NCBI GenBank assembly: GCA_030704615.1
Contig: CM060733.1
Location: 28,210,001 to 28,274,000, forward strand
Length of the DNA stretch: 64,000 bases
Direction of reading: 5' to 3'
From: Takakia lepidozioides
Lineage: Eukaryota > Plantae > Bryophyta
Positions 1 to 12,386 of this stretch are shown one piece after another (within the stretch, counting starts at the first letter, position 1; each line of letters starts with the position of its first letter). The notes beneath the pieces were generated by a model. That model did not search any database. It saw only the letters and a list, made by a program, of their open reading frames with translations, and was not told where the DNA came from. The translations under genes were made by a program, and so were the position numbers.

Positions 1-2148
1 CCTTTAAGACATCTGCGTCTCTGCGTCCGTCACGAGTTGTTTCCCGCTTACAAGCTGCAGAGCAAAACACAGTTTCATGATCTTACTGTGGGATTTTCCA
101 CATACATATACTTTTAAACAATCTGGACCTTAGGGGTCAAACATACCAACCTGCCTAGGTTCACCCCTGAAATTGCAAGGAGAAAAGTACACCGAGAGGG
201 TGGGGGAGGATGTGGTGTCTGGGAAAGAGATTCTCATTCCAATGTAATACTAGACATTGATCGGGCTCCAGTATATAACTCCTCAGTACAAGACTGCCAT
301 TGCTCTATCACAGCCAATTACAGAGACTGTGGTTTACTCTACTCAGGCCTTCGAATTGAGGCCAGCAGGGACATCATGGATTCACTTGTTTGGGTTTCAT
401 TTGCTAAAGTACTACATCATCTGAAATCTTACAAGCAATGCTTCAAGAATTTTCGCCTTGGGGTTGCGCTTAAAAGCAGCAGGCTCAAAAAAAAGGCAGC
501 CCTCACTCTCTCCAAAGGGTCAAAAAACTTTTCGTAATCTGAAGGGTTGATCCTTTGCTCCCGTGCATGGCACTAAATGAAACGCCTGGCTGTCTCAGGT
601 GAATTTGTGTGATACTCTCTCTGTCTGAACTCTCTGGGATCCCTTCCAGGGGACGAGTTTCTTTCCTCTTTCTTTCTAATGTCTGCACATCTCAAATTTC
701 CTACTGAATCCGATTAATTGATTGAGGGCCTAAGCTTGTTCCAATGTATGCAGGCAAGGTATAAGGAGGTGACTTCAACAACGAGACTTCATTTTGCATA
801 TGACAACTTCGAGCAAAGGGTGTTCGAGTAAAACTAGTGTCCAGACCAGGGGATCAACTCATCCAATCATCCAATTGATAAGTTCACCCTTAGGAATTGA
901 GGCGTATTGTGAGAGAAACATGCAGACATTTGTAGCGAGTTTTTCGACTTGTTCATCTGTGGGATTGAAGGCTAAAGAGCGCAGCATCGGTGCCACACCC
1001 TGCACCACAACCAAAATTGCCAGTTCAGACATGAGCAAAGATCACTACACTGTAGCAGTAGACAAATTGATATGCTTCGAACAGTGAACGACACTGTCAT
1101 GTGTAATTATTTCCAACACTCAGCTTTACACTATGCCTTCCTTCTTTATCAGTACTTAGAGCTCTCATAACGGACCAGATTTTAGTCATCTTTGCAAAAA
1201 CACTATCTGAAAGGGGTATCGAAACCAGGCCTGGTCACTTGGGAATTCTATGTGCTGACATGCATGTTCTAGCCTCTCCCCAGTAGTTGCAAAACATTGT
1301 TGAAGTAATAAGCATGAACCATATAAATAGAGACTCGCTCCTCAAATTTTTAACCCTTTACAATAGCAAACAAATGTCAGTTTTGTCCCTGGAGATGGTA
1401 CTAGATGATGCAAGATATGATCCTCAGTCATTCAGGCTCGTCCCTGGGATGACTGAGAGCTTGTCATTGATGTCGTCATTGTAGCAATCTTACCAGCATT
1501 TAGGGCAGTTAGTACTTGCCCAGCCACAGACTCTGGAGGCTTAAAAATGGGGTGGATCCATCTCTGAAAAATTTAGCTTTGCCATTCATCACTCATGAGG
1601 TTTGCTTTGAGGCTGAACCTTCTCATACTAAGGTTCACATCATGTACAACTGTACAAATGCCTTTCTTAGCAAACATAAGGTTTTGGTTAGTTTGAGTAA
1701 GAGGCTGGCTGGCTATCTTTCAAAAACATTTTCTTTAGTTCAGAGTTTTGGACCTGACTTTTATACAGACCTCCTCAATTTGCCAATGAAGTTTGCTCCA
1801 AACTTGCCATCATTGGACTGGATATCTAGACTTGCACATAAACTGTCCATTTAACCACAGTTAAAAGATACGGAAACTTGGAAAAGGAATAATGAATCAT
1901 ACTAACTTCTCTTGAAGCTCGGTTTTCTTCTTCGCACCTTTCCTGATAAAAAGAGGGAAAGTCTTTTGCAAAATCTGCTGCATGTGTGGGATAACAGGGA
2001 ATTTGACTGCTCGAATACGCTCCATCTTCTCTTCTTCTGTTTCCTCCTCAGGCTTCCCTTGCCCTTCTTCACCTTCCTCCCCTTCCTCTCCATCCGCATT
2101 GGGGGGCTCTGCCGCAGGAGCCGCTGGTGTTGTTGGTGCTTCTGCCAT
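1..2148 (-). CDS. Possible multi-exon calmodulin-superfamily EF-hand protein (DRC8/EFCAB2-like); 3' structure unresolved, may run off the window start
   Basis: Exon 1 (ATG 2148, acidic N-terminus, ...TFPLFIRKGAKKKTELQEKL|GTATGA) splices in phase 0 to TGCAG|GVAPMLRSLAFNPTDEQV (~930-999). This resembles the CaM/EFCAB2 motif F.vF...gt.iRSLg.nPte. An exon-like segment at 1-54 reads ...RDADVLK. Middle exons could not be phased consistently. Confidence 0.4.
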
Positions 2149-3900
2149 TGATGTCCTGCTTGATTCTAAGCTTGTTTGTTGAATAGCTTGAAATCAATCC
2201 AACCTGTGTTCGTCTGAGACCCATAGATAAAGAAAAATGGTTGCTGCTCTAGCAGCAGGTGGTTAAACAAACCACTTTGTTAGTTACCAAGTTACTTCAT
2301 TTCTGTTTCAATGACACGTAAAGTCAGCTAGACAGTTGAAAATAGTGAGGTTGTCACGTTTTTGACCTACTGAAAAAGCAGGCCTTTGTCTAAGACCAAA
2401 ATCGACCGGTTATATGTCCCCTGTCAGTCCGTTGTTTCGCAATGTGCAGTTCTCAAAGAGCTTCTAGGAAAGAAAGAAATAATGAAGAAAACCTTCAGAA
2501 CTGTGTTTTGAAGTTTGAAGTTTTGTTCAAAACTTCCTCACATCTACTATGTGGCATAAGATCGAAACACAGAGCTAGAACAAGCCAAGGCCACGTACAG
2601 TATGGGCAACTTCGACAAGACTTGCTCATAAACAAATTTCTTCCTTTCACGGAATCAAGAGGATGGTTCTAGTGAGCTCGAAGAAGCAAAAAGAGGAACG
2701 ACCAGGGGGACAGTAGCAATCCAAAGCAAATTGTAGCGTGTATGAAGGGGAATTCTTTTAACAAATCCGCAGCACACAGGGTAAAAGTATCCTTCTATCA
2801 GCTTGAGAGGACAGGACGGCACGATTAAACGTAAAAAGAAAGTATATGTGATCAGGACGACCTCAGTTTTGATCGAAGACGCGCATCCTCTGCGGATGGC
2901 CTCATCTCTTCTCTGCATTCAATCGGCAGTTACGAATCACAGACCGTTGACAATCTTCTGTTCGGTGACACGTTTTGAGTCGCACAACAGTCAAGCCCGC
3001 CGATGAGTTGCTCGAATGTGCAACAGGCGGGCAAAGTCGCTATCAGTTTTGCTGGGGTACTGCGAAAGCCATTCTCCTTCAGATCGATTTCTGTGACTTT
3101 GTCGATCTCAAGGCCGTTCTTTGGAGGTCAGCCTCCCTTCGTGGTTGGGTGCTATCTCCGACGAGTGTTTTTCAAAACTGAATTTGTAATCTATTGTAGC
3201 TTTCCAGTAAGTTGTACTTGGTTTAAACATGCAACGAGCAACCCCTGCAATGGTGGAAAACCGACATGTCCAAATTGTTGGGATCCCTGGCAGTCAGATT
3301 GAAACTGAACACGCATAATTTTCAATCGTTGGAATCCTTCCAGTCTTCCAGCTTTGTGATCTTCGTGAAGAATTGGTTGTTTTCTTACTTTGCAACAGCC
3401 AGACCCATATATTGAGATTACGGATTTACAACGCGGGCAAATTTGGAATGATGATGCCCAAGTGACTGAACGTTTCATTGTTTCTCATCTTTGTTACTAA
3501 AATCATACTCATGATGTTGGTGCCCACATGAGATCATGTCAACGCATTGTTCATTAAGAACTGTCATTTACCCGCGGGTATGGATACATACATTTCTTTA
3601 CACTTGAGCAGGTAGCCCAGTGGTTGGGTGTTTGTGCCTTGCCTGTGCATAACCTGGGTGATCCTGGGTTCAACCCTTCAACATGTGCCTTCAGACCGTC
3701 CATTGGGCCCTCGATGGCCTGTGTGTTGAGCAGTAGGCTCTGTAAATTCACTGGACGTTAAAGAAACTTTATCTTTATCTTACCATGATATATACGAAAA
3801 TCGTCAAGGGGTATCTTGATAGCCTCTCATTTTACAATATTAGCGACGTTATGGCGCACGCGCTGCCTGAGCAGTGGGCCCCGCGCATGGACGCTCGGCT

Positions 3901-3968
3901 GTGCATTCTGCATTTCGGAATGCACTCGAGGGAGCTGATGGGGGTGCATTCCGAAATGCAGAATGCAC
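3901..3968. repeat. Perfect 25-bp inverted repeat with 18-nt spacer
   Basis: gtgcattctgcatttcggaatgcac (3901-3925) is the exact reverse complement of gtgcattccgaaatgcagaatgcac (3944-3968). Confidence 0.9.
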
Positions 3969-4074
3969 TGCCATGAATTCTGCTTTTTAAGGGCACGATA
4001 CATACAAAGAAAATTTTGTGGCAGTGCTTTACGTTTATAAATTGCTCGATCACAGAGGCATGACTCTATTGCAG

Positions 4075-4230
4075 GCAGCCGCATTGGCGGCAGTGGACAC
4101 GTGTCGCTTCTTCTCGGGTTGATTCCTGAAGAGGAGTACAAGGAGTGTGTGAATGCTCTGGACGGCTCAGGACGCACACCGCTGCACGTTGCTGCTGGGT
4201 GGTGTGGTAACATTGACAGCCTCCTCAAGT
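4075..4230 (+). pseudogene. Isolated ankyrin-repeat exon fragment
   Basis: After a ttgcag acceptor the frame reads GHVSLLL...VNALDGSGRTPLHVAAGWCGNIDSLL (ankyrin G.TPLH.AA). No partner exons found; followed by an A-rich tract at ~4305-4357. Confidence 0.6.
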
Positions 4231-6404
4231 TTAACAGTTGGTTGTGGGTTCAAACCACCGTCTGGTGTGTCATGAAGGTGTCCACCTTCCTGTTATAAGA
4301 GGTAAGAAATAAAAAAGAGTTGGACAAAATAAAATAAAAGTAAAAAATAAAAAAAAATTGGCTGGTTCGAAGTAGTTCAAAAGGAAATAATTTCGATAAT
4401 CAATTTTGAATTCCAGGTTAAAATTTCAATGGCATTGCCCTGTATTAAACGGCAGATATTAGACATTTTTCTGTCCAATGATACCATGTTAGAATCTCAA
4501 TATGTAGGCAAAATCAACTGGTAATTAAATGTGTTACCAAGCTGGTATATTTGGCTTGGATATTAGAGCATGTTTCTGTCCAATGATACCAGCATAGTAG
4601 GTTCCTCATCTAGGTATCCACACTGTTCATAGCAGCTGGCTAGGATTTCTCATACGTGTCGATACTTGATACGTGAAAAAACCTTCTACCACACTGAACA
4701 ACACTTGAACATACCAATTGATATTATGGTACGTAAAATATTAAGAAAATCAGGTATTATATCGGGACATAATTCTAATTAATTAAAGCTGGCTTATCTG
4801 AAAGGGAACTTAGGGCCTGCATTGTGAGCAGTCGCTCCCAGGTTTCCTTTAAATAGATAAAACAAAACAATTATATCTATTGGGTGCCTGAATTACCTGC
4901 ATAATTTAGTTACCTAATTATTAGCAATCTATATATACATCTATTTCAAATATTTCCCGCTGAAAGACACATATATATTTTTCTGTTTCTTGCTTTTTAT
5001 CTGCAAAAAGGATTGATTAGGATTAGTAGTAAACCAAGCAGCTATTACTATTTACTATTACACATTACACATGACACTGGAGTGTAACATACCAGTAACA
5101 TATGTGATTGACATGAGAATAAAGTAATATATACATTTACAAAAACAAATCATACGAGTTGCCAGTTGCCAGTTGCCTGATTCAGACCAGGGACTCTTCA
5201 CACCTGCCAGATTAGTCCTGCACTATGGGCTCACGAAATTTCTTGTTAACAGTGAATGTTGAGGTGTACGTTGAGAACGTTGCTCTGAGTTTTAACTTGA
5301 CGCTCGTCTGTAGAAGCTCACATCTCAAGCACAACGTCTGCAGTGACAGGACCATACACAGATCACACCACTATCACACTCCACGATTCATACAACTCAT
5401 TTGCGATATAAACCATGCATGCGTACAATTGCAGAATCCCTTTGCCCCTCTGTTGGGTATCATGGAATGAGAATCCGAGGAGTCGATATGATTTGCATAG
5501 AGCATTCGCGCCACCAATACAAAAACAGGATTGTTAACTCTGTATGCATCAGCACTGCTTTGAGTTCTCATATGAACACAGGCAGAGATGGAATCTCAAG
5601 TACACGGGAGGAAGTATTCTTACACTCAGAGTCGGTTTTTATCCACTGTCCATGCTCACATTTGGTCTTGCAGGCTGATCGCGAACGCTCACGCTGAACG
5701 CAATCAATTCCCTTTCTTCCCTTGTGTGGCAGCTTGCAAGGACTGCGCACAAGCTCATCGCTTGCGGTCGACTTCTGCATCACATCTCGGAGACGGCCGT
5801 TCTGCTCGCATGCTAACGAATGTGGCGAGGACTGGGGCTTCATGGCTCGCCCGTGCCCATCGTCATCGCGGGGATGAGCTCCCGTCACTTGGTTCCGTTT
5901 GGAGCATTTGAACAATTTGAGGGCACGCGACCGAAACTGCAGACAAAACAACAGAGTGAGCACTCATCATCTCTGGTTCTGGAAATATCACTGCTGAAGG
6001 TTGTGAACAGTTTTCTTTCCTTCTCCAAGGGCCAGGAAAAGTTCTTCTTGGCGGGCCAAACTATTGTAAGACTTTACTGGATTAAGAGCATCCCGTTCTG
6101 AGAAACTTACATCTAGATTTTTTTGGTTCCCTCGTCTTGACTGTACTGCTGAGTGTACCAATAATGCATAATGTTACGCTATTAATTCTGTCGGTACAGG
6201 AAGCCTGACAGGAAGTCAAGTACTGTGGAGAAATCAGTAGCTTCGAGGTCTTCATTCTGATGTTTCTCATGTGCATGCTTTACTCTTCTTACCTACCCCC
6301 AGGTTAAGTTACTTCGGGCATCAATAATTGATTCTCTAATGCTAAATCGACACTTATTTTCACTCCCTTTTGTTACATGCGTGCACGAACTTCCTCGGAG
6401 GAGA

Positions 6405-7629
6405 CTAGTCAAAGAGACTGCGAGGAGTTTCCACCATCATAGGTACCTTCTTCCGAAAGTTTGATGTAGAGGTCTTTTTCTCATTTGACTCCCGCGGGAT
6501 TGATTCTGGGGTCGCCTGCCATAGCATTCGAAGCTTTCCCATAGTGGTTGTAGTACCAGCACTGGAGGACTTTTGGTTTGTCTGCATTGATTCCGTTAGT
6601 TCTGCACTGCCCACCTTGTCAAGTAATATTGATCTACTATATGAAGATTTTGAGCTTGGACTTCGAGAAGCAAACAACCCACAAGTAAGGCCAGTAGGTC
6701 GAGATGTCTCTTTGGAATCATCGTGAATCGTATCCGAGAAATTTTCCGGGTACGATGGCAGCGGGGACACTTTCATCGGATTATGACAGAGGCTAGGACG
6801 ATCGGATGTAGCTGGCATTCTATCCTCTTTCGGCCCTCCCGCCTCAAGGTGTTCTGCAACCTTTGCCGCGTCCAACTTTTCTGCAGCCACTTTCGAAGCT
6901 TTCATGAATTCATTCTCGTCACCCTCTTGAATTGTAGCTAGTTCAGCAACTGTCTTTCGCTGTTGTCCAGCCGCTACGGGCTCGTAGAACTTTACGGTAA
7001 CCTCGGGAGTAACCTGATCCAGCGAATTTCGACTCCCTGTGAGCTGATCCAATGCAAACGTTCCGATTGCCAGAAGCCCTTGCTGCTCATGACTGAACAC
7101 GAACCGAATTGTTTCCTGCAATCTTTCCTCCCAATTTTCAGTTGCAGCATCCACAGTCGAATCTCTGGTGGGTTCCCGTTCATTATGCAATAAACCGTGG
7201 AGCTTAGATATTTGGCAGGATTCCTCGCAGATGAACGTACAGTTGCTTTTACTGTGTGGGGCAAGCTTCTGATCGGTATTCAGACCTGTGCTTAAGCCGG
7301 CGCATAGGAGCGATCCCTCTTTCGGTGGACGATCTGTTGCCGGAGGTCCAATTATGTCATTGCGCGATTCTATGCATTCAACCACACCCAGGGAAAACAT
7401 GATAGGTCGTAAGAGTACAGGTACCCATACTTGTTGAAACCTAAACTTCTCCAGCTGGAGAGAATTTAACGCCAAGCGAACCAGATCCTTCCTATGGCAG
7501 ACTTTTTTGTAGACCTACTCTTCACGTACGAGGTCATCATTTGATCTGAAGATTGCCAGTCGACATGAGTTCAGGACTATCTTAGCCTACCTTTTGGCCT
7601 TGATACACATCACGGTAAAACTTGTTCAT
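6405..7629 (-). CDS. Hypothetical ~380-aa protein with an S/T/E-rich, probably disordered C-terminus
   Basis: 356-aa ORF (6405-7475) extends upstream to an acceptor at 7514. A 76-nt GT-AG intron (7515-7590) joins it in frame to MNKFYRDVYQGQK (7591-7629). No recognisable domain. Confidence 0.6.
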
Positions 7630-10600
7630 GAATCAAGTACTTTGAGTCAGCCTTATAACCAAGTGACCAGAGTGGCGTATCCAGAAAGTTGCGGCATAGG
7701 ATCGGGTCACCCATGGAGAAAGAGAAAGAATACGACATTACAGTGCATGTCGAATCGGCAGTAACCCTTGATCGCAACACGTCATTTCAAACTTATCGAG
7801 CTGAACTGTCTCACTAGGATTCGGACCAAATGTCATATCTAAAATTATTTCATTTGCTTTTGGGTGACTGAGAATGTTTATACGTGCAAGTATGTACAAA
7901 GATACAATCTGAACGAGTCAACTAGAGTGCACCTCTCTTGGTCGAATAAGACTTAGCCGGTTCTCGATCTTGCCTGTTTCGTCCCCAGCCAAACAACTGC
8001 ACGCGGAGCAAGCACCAACACATGTGATGGGATTTAAACACTTCATATATCATCGACCCATTGCAACTATCCACCGTATAGCTCTGTGTCCCAGCACTAA
8101 GACCAAGCGCAATGAGAGAAAAGACAGAACTGTCTGGACAGCTGAATGTTGCAATTGTTCTTCCACCTCATTCGAAATACTCTCGACACTTATTATCTTT
8201 CATTTGAACACATGGCCATCAACCTCACTCCACTGTCAACTCCCTACATATGACAGTCCAGGGACTGCAACGTGAAACAGACGTTCCATGATCATTGCCG
8301 CTCTCGTAGTGTACATAAATTACTCCCCGTTTTCTTTAAAGATGTCCCAGTGCAGTGCTCAATTGGGTGTAAAACTGTGGAACACCGCACTCAACCTTAC
8401 ACAACCTGTACTAGGCAACTGTCCCCACAGCTGGTTCCCTGTACTATTTGGGAAGACTATCGATACTGCAGTAAGGGCTGGGATTGGTCCCTGGATGAGT
8501 CATTTCCCTTCAGATATCAACGTGAGAGTCTCATGGAGCCCAACTGAATACGAAGCTGGCAAATACTATGCAAAACCTTCAACGGACCCTCCAATCCAGG
8601 ATTCGAACGAGCTAGAATGCATGGAGTCTTCAGTTGCATCTGGACCCATGTAAATAAAACCTGACGCCCCAATATAGGACCAGCACAGTCGCCATATCTG
8701 CTCTTCCTCATTAGACTCTCAATCATAGAGACTGGTTTGAACACTATGCAGATCATCGACCGCTGTGTAGTTGAAAGTATATACCTTCATTTCGTTCGGC
8801 TATATCAGTCAGATGATGTCGAATCGTTGTGCACTGTGCAGCAAGCTTACTTTGAAACCTGCCTTCCTTGCTTTCACTGAAATCCAACAGGCTGTGAATC
8901 CTTATGAGTGAACCACATAGCTTAGAAGAGAGGAGGGAGATGGATCTGAAACGCGTGATCTACGTGTGGAGGACAGCGCTAAACCTCGGAGCATGGGGCA
9001 GACAAATCTGCAAGTTAGGCAGCCATTGCGATCTGCACCAGGCTTAGAATAAAGTATATCGAGACGAGGGACCCAGCAGCACCGTCATAGCTCTCTGTAC
9101 AACATTCTTCGGTCAGCGCACATAATGAACCCTGGCCTCCTCAAGCGGCTGCTGCAGAGCTGCAAGAGCGATGCTCATCCGACCTTACATGGACGAAATC
9201 CGAAACGACTGAAAAACCGCTTGGATGATTATCGCTCATTAAATGCGTGAAAGAATTTCCCAGTTTCCGTTATGTGTAGCGTAGATAACTAACCGTCTCT
9301 CCAACTACGTAACGGAGCAGGCAATGGGGTGGGACAGAAATCAGGAATGCCTGATTTCTGAGGCCATGTGTGGAGGAGACAGAGAAGTAGGAAGCACTTG
9401 TCGTGAGGCTGTGGGGCCTCCTTGTCGAGCTTTCCACAAGGAGCTGTACGTATGTATATATATATACATATAGGAGGACCCCTCACTCTGTCGCTGGGCT
9501 CTGTGGAGGGCGGGGCCTGGGCTAGAGGTTTGGTGGGCTTTAGTTGTGCAAGGTCCCAGTACTGGAAAATCCAACCTGGAACATCAACCATCAATAGAGA
9601 CGAGTTCAATATGTGAGATGCTCTCTGGAGACATACTGAACCCAAATCCACCCGCGATCTCCAGACTTGTTGCTCCCACGCCAGTGGGACTCGTCACTCA
9701 CCTGGGAACTGAACAGGCGCAGTTTTTTTCTCGTATGGAGTTAAGCTTTTAATGATTAGAGGATCATCGCTTGCTGGATCGATATCATACTGCTCTTCGT
9801 CTCTCAATACAAATGGGTCGATTCTAAGTGGAAACCTACGGCAGTGACTTCTTAGTTGGGAAGTGATCATTTGGGGATCTAACAAAAAATTCTTCTTCCA
9901 GCTGAACTGCTTGCTTCAGTAACGCGTGACAAGGTTCTCCCCAGGGCTATCTTCTGATATGATTTCAGGTATGTAGTATCCGCACCTTTTGTAATACTTA
10001 GTAATATTTATAGTAACAAACAATGCTGGTGTTTGCCAGTGTAATGCACAGTGGGGCCAACACCATAGTATATAAATAGCAACTAAAAACAATAATGTGA
10101 GTTCGTTAAAGTCAGTTTACAGAGGGCCTCCAGCCTTTATGAGGTTGAGTGTCCAAAAACAGAGATCCAATAATTTATTGCCTGCCAACACGTGCTCTGC
10201 TGCGTCCACGTCGACGGCTGGGTTGCCATATACAGGACTGCCAGATCTGAGAATGATAGTAAGTGTGTCCCTACATTTCTGTAACATGGGCCGGGCTGGT
10301 CAGCTGTGGCAGGGCGTTGGTCGACTCATTATCCTGCACTTTTGTATCCCTCATCAACCTCATATTTCCTTATCGCCCACATCCACGAGGCAGCAAGGAA
10401 ATAACAGAGGTTGAGGAAGTGTCCTTCAAAGGGAATTTAGTTCTAAGGCTTTGGCAACACAGGCAACACAGGCAACAAAAGGGACTAGAAAACACGGTAT
10501 AAATAGGGACACTACTGGTGTTCAGTTTATGAACCCTTACTGTCCTTTACTGGACTTTGATTCCCTTTTTCCCATACACAAATCCTAAAGGACGGCCTGT

Positions 10601-11362
10601 TTCTGTCTGATCCTGTAGGCAGAAGTACCCATTTGTGGCTCTTCTACCTTCCTTCTACCCAGGTCCTGCTGCTCTGTCCCTGATGTTGAAACTGTACAGT
10701 GCAAAAAGGGCCCAAAATAATTGATTGAAGGCCACTTTACCACGTACAGCCCAATTAGGATTGGATTCCAAAGTGAAATTGCACCAAATTCATCGGAATT
10801 CATCAATTGGGCAAGGAGGTTTCAAGAATCCACCGCTCGGAAACAAACTGAAATACGAAATGGTTGAATTGGGCTGTCAGAGCTTGAACCGTAGTAATAT
10901 AATCATGGTTCCATCAACACGCGCACAGCGATGGCATATATCTGTATGACAATCTCGCAGTATACAGGAAAATAGATCTGCATGGCACTGTGGGCACGCT
11001 GTGGTGGGTGCGTTACATCGTTTGTTAGTGTGTCAGTGGTGAGCCCAGCGCAGCCATCTACCTACCCTAGTATGCAGGCCAGTACACAGGAGCAATCACA
11101 TGGCGAAGGTCAAGGCATCGAGGTCTGTAGACGTCACTGGTGTAGTTAAGGTTTCATCTCTCATCAGACTCTGACTTGTCATCACGGTCTCTTCACCTCC
11201 CCCCAATGGAAAAATCCGTTTATAAATTTTCAGATGGCAAGCGCTGACAGTCTATAAAAAGATCCGAGATCGCACTTCCATGTGCCACGATCTGGAGTCT
11301 CGTGGCCTTTGGCTCCCTGATCAACCTCCCTCACTGGCAGGGTGGCCCCTGCCGCTGGCCTT

Positions 11363-11694
11363 GAGCCAATGTTGCAAACCACGTGATTAACAGCCAACTT
11401 ACGGCCATGAGCACGCCACCACGGCATGGGCACAAAACATTATACTAGATGCATTGCAGACACTGTGGGACATTCTATCGAGACGTCATGCGAGTAACTA
11501 GAACCACGCAAGAGAGTTGCCACGACCATGTCCTCCCAACCAACATCTTGGAAGAGATAAGCTGAAAAGAATAACCTTAACAGACTAATGTCAGAGGTTT
11601 TGGGCCTCAACAACGACTGCAGGAAATCGAGCCGATGTTGCAAGCCACGTGAAGCGCAGCCAACCTACGGCCATGAGCGCAACACGGCACTGGG
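11363..11694. repeat. Duplicated ~70-bp G-box (CACGTG)-containing module
   Basis: gagccaatgttgcaaaccacgtga..cagccaacttacggccatgagc..cacggca (11363-11430) versus gagccgatgttgcaagccacgtga..cagccaacctacggccatgagc..cacggca (11629-11694). Confidence 0.8.
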
Positions 11695-12386
11695 AAACTA
11701 TTCAATGATAGAATGATCGTTTTATACAATTCAAGTGGAGCACATACGTGTGACTCTGATCAGATATCAGACACAGCTCAATCTTATGTCTATGTATGCA
11801 GTAGAACACAGACAGAAGGTAAGGGACTCATAATCTTCGGATGTTTATGACCTGGTTCCGGGAACTTCCATTCCGCAAGTGCACTGTCGAGAGTTAGGAA
11901 GGACATAGGATCTCCACATTCGGCACAAACCATCATACTAGAAGCATTGGACATACTGAAGCGATGCTGAAGTAGCTAAGAAAGACTTTCGAGTGGGAGC
12001 AATTGATACCGCTGTACTCATAAGAGAGCATGAAGTTTTCCGTAATGCACTGCCGTGAGCATCTCGCGGACGTGGCAGGTTTTGATTGCGTACGAGGAGG
12101 CCTGCTATTTCCCGTAGCATGTATCCTTCTTTTCATCTCGTATTTTGTGTCCTTCGTGTGTCCTTTATGATGTGACAGGGCTGAAAGACCTACTCAGCAG
12201 GTCACTTTAAGACCTGCTCCATCCTTAGCGACAGTGACATTACGTCCTGTAGCGCGTCGAGCCAGTCCCAGCGACCTGCTACAGACCGTAGCGGCCGCGC
12301 TCCAGTGCGCTACCTAGTACAAGGCATTGTCATTCTCCAACCACAATCTTTGATAGAGGTAAACTGAAGAGCGGAACAGATATATG

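Noticed and set aside
3003-3302. Transit-peptide-like 99-aa ORF
   Set aside because: No downstream exons or domain could be linked to it.
8288-8653. 121-aa plus-strand ORF
   Set aside because: No motif or splice support; length is attainable by chance.
11860-11960. U17/snR30 snoRNA (AAACCAT m2-like motif)
   Set aside because: No AUAUUCCUA m1 motif and no correctly spaced ACA box on that strand.
12121-12130. U12-type donor GTATCCTT (also at ~2787)
   Set aside because: Not inside any supported plus-strand gene and no matching U12 branch point seen.
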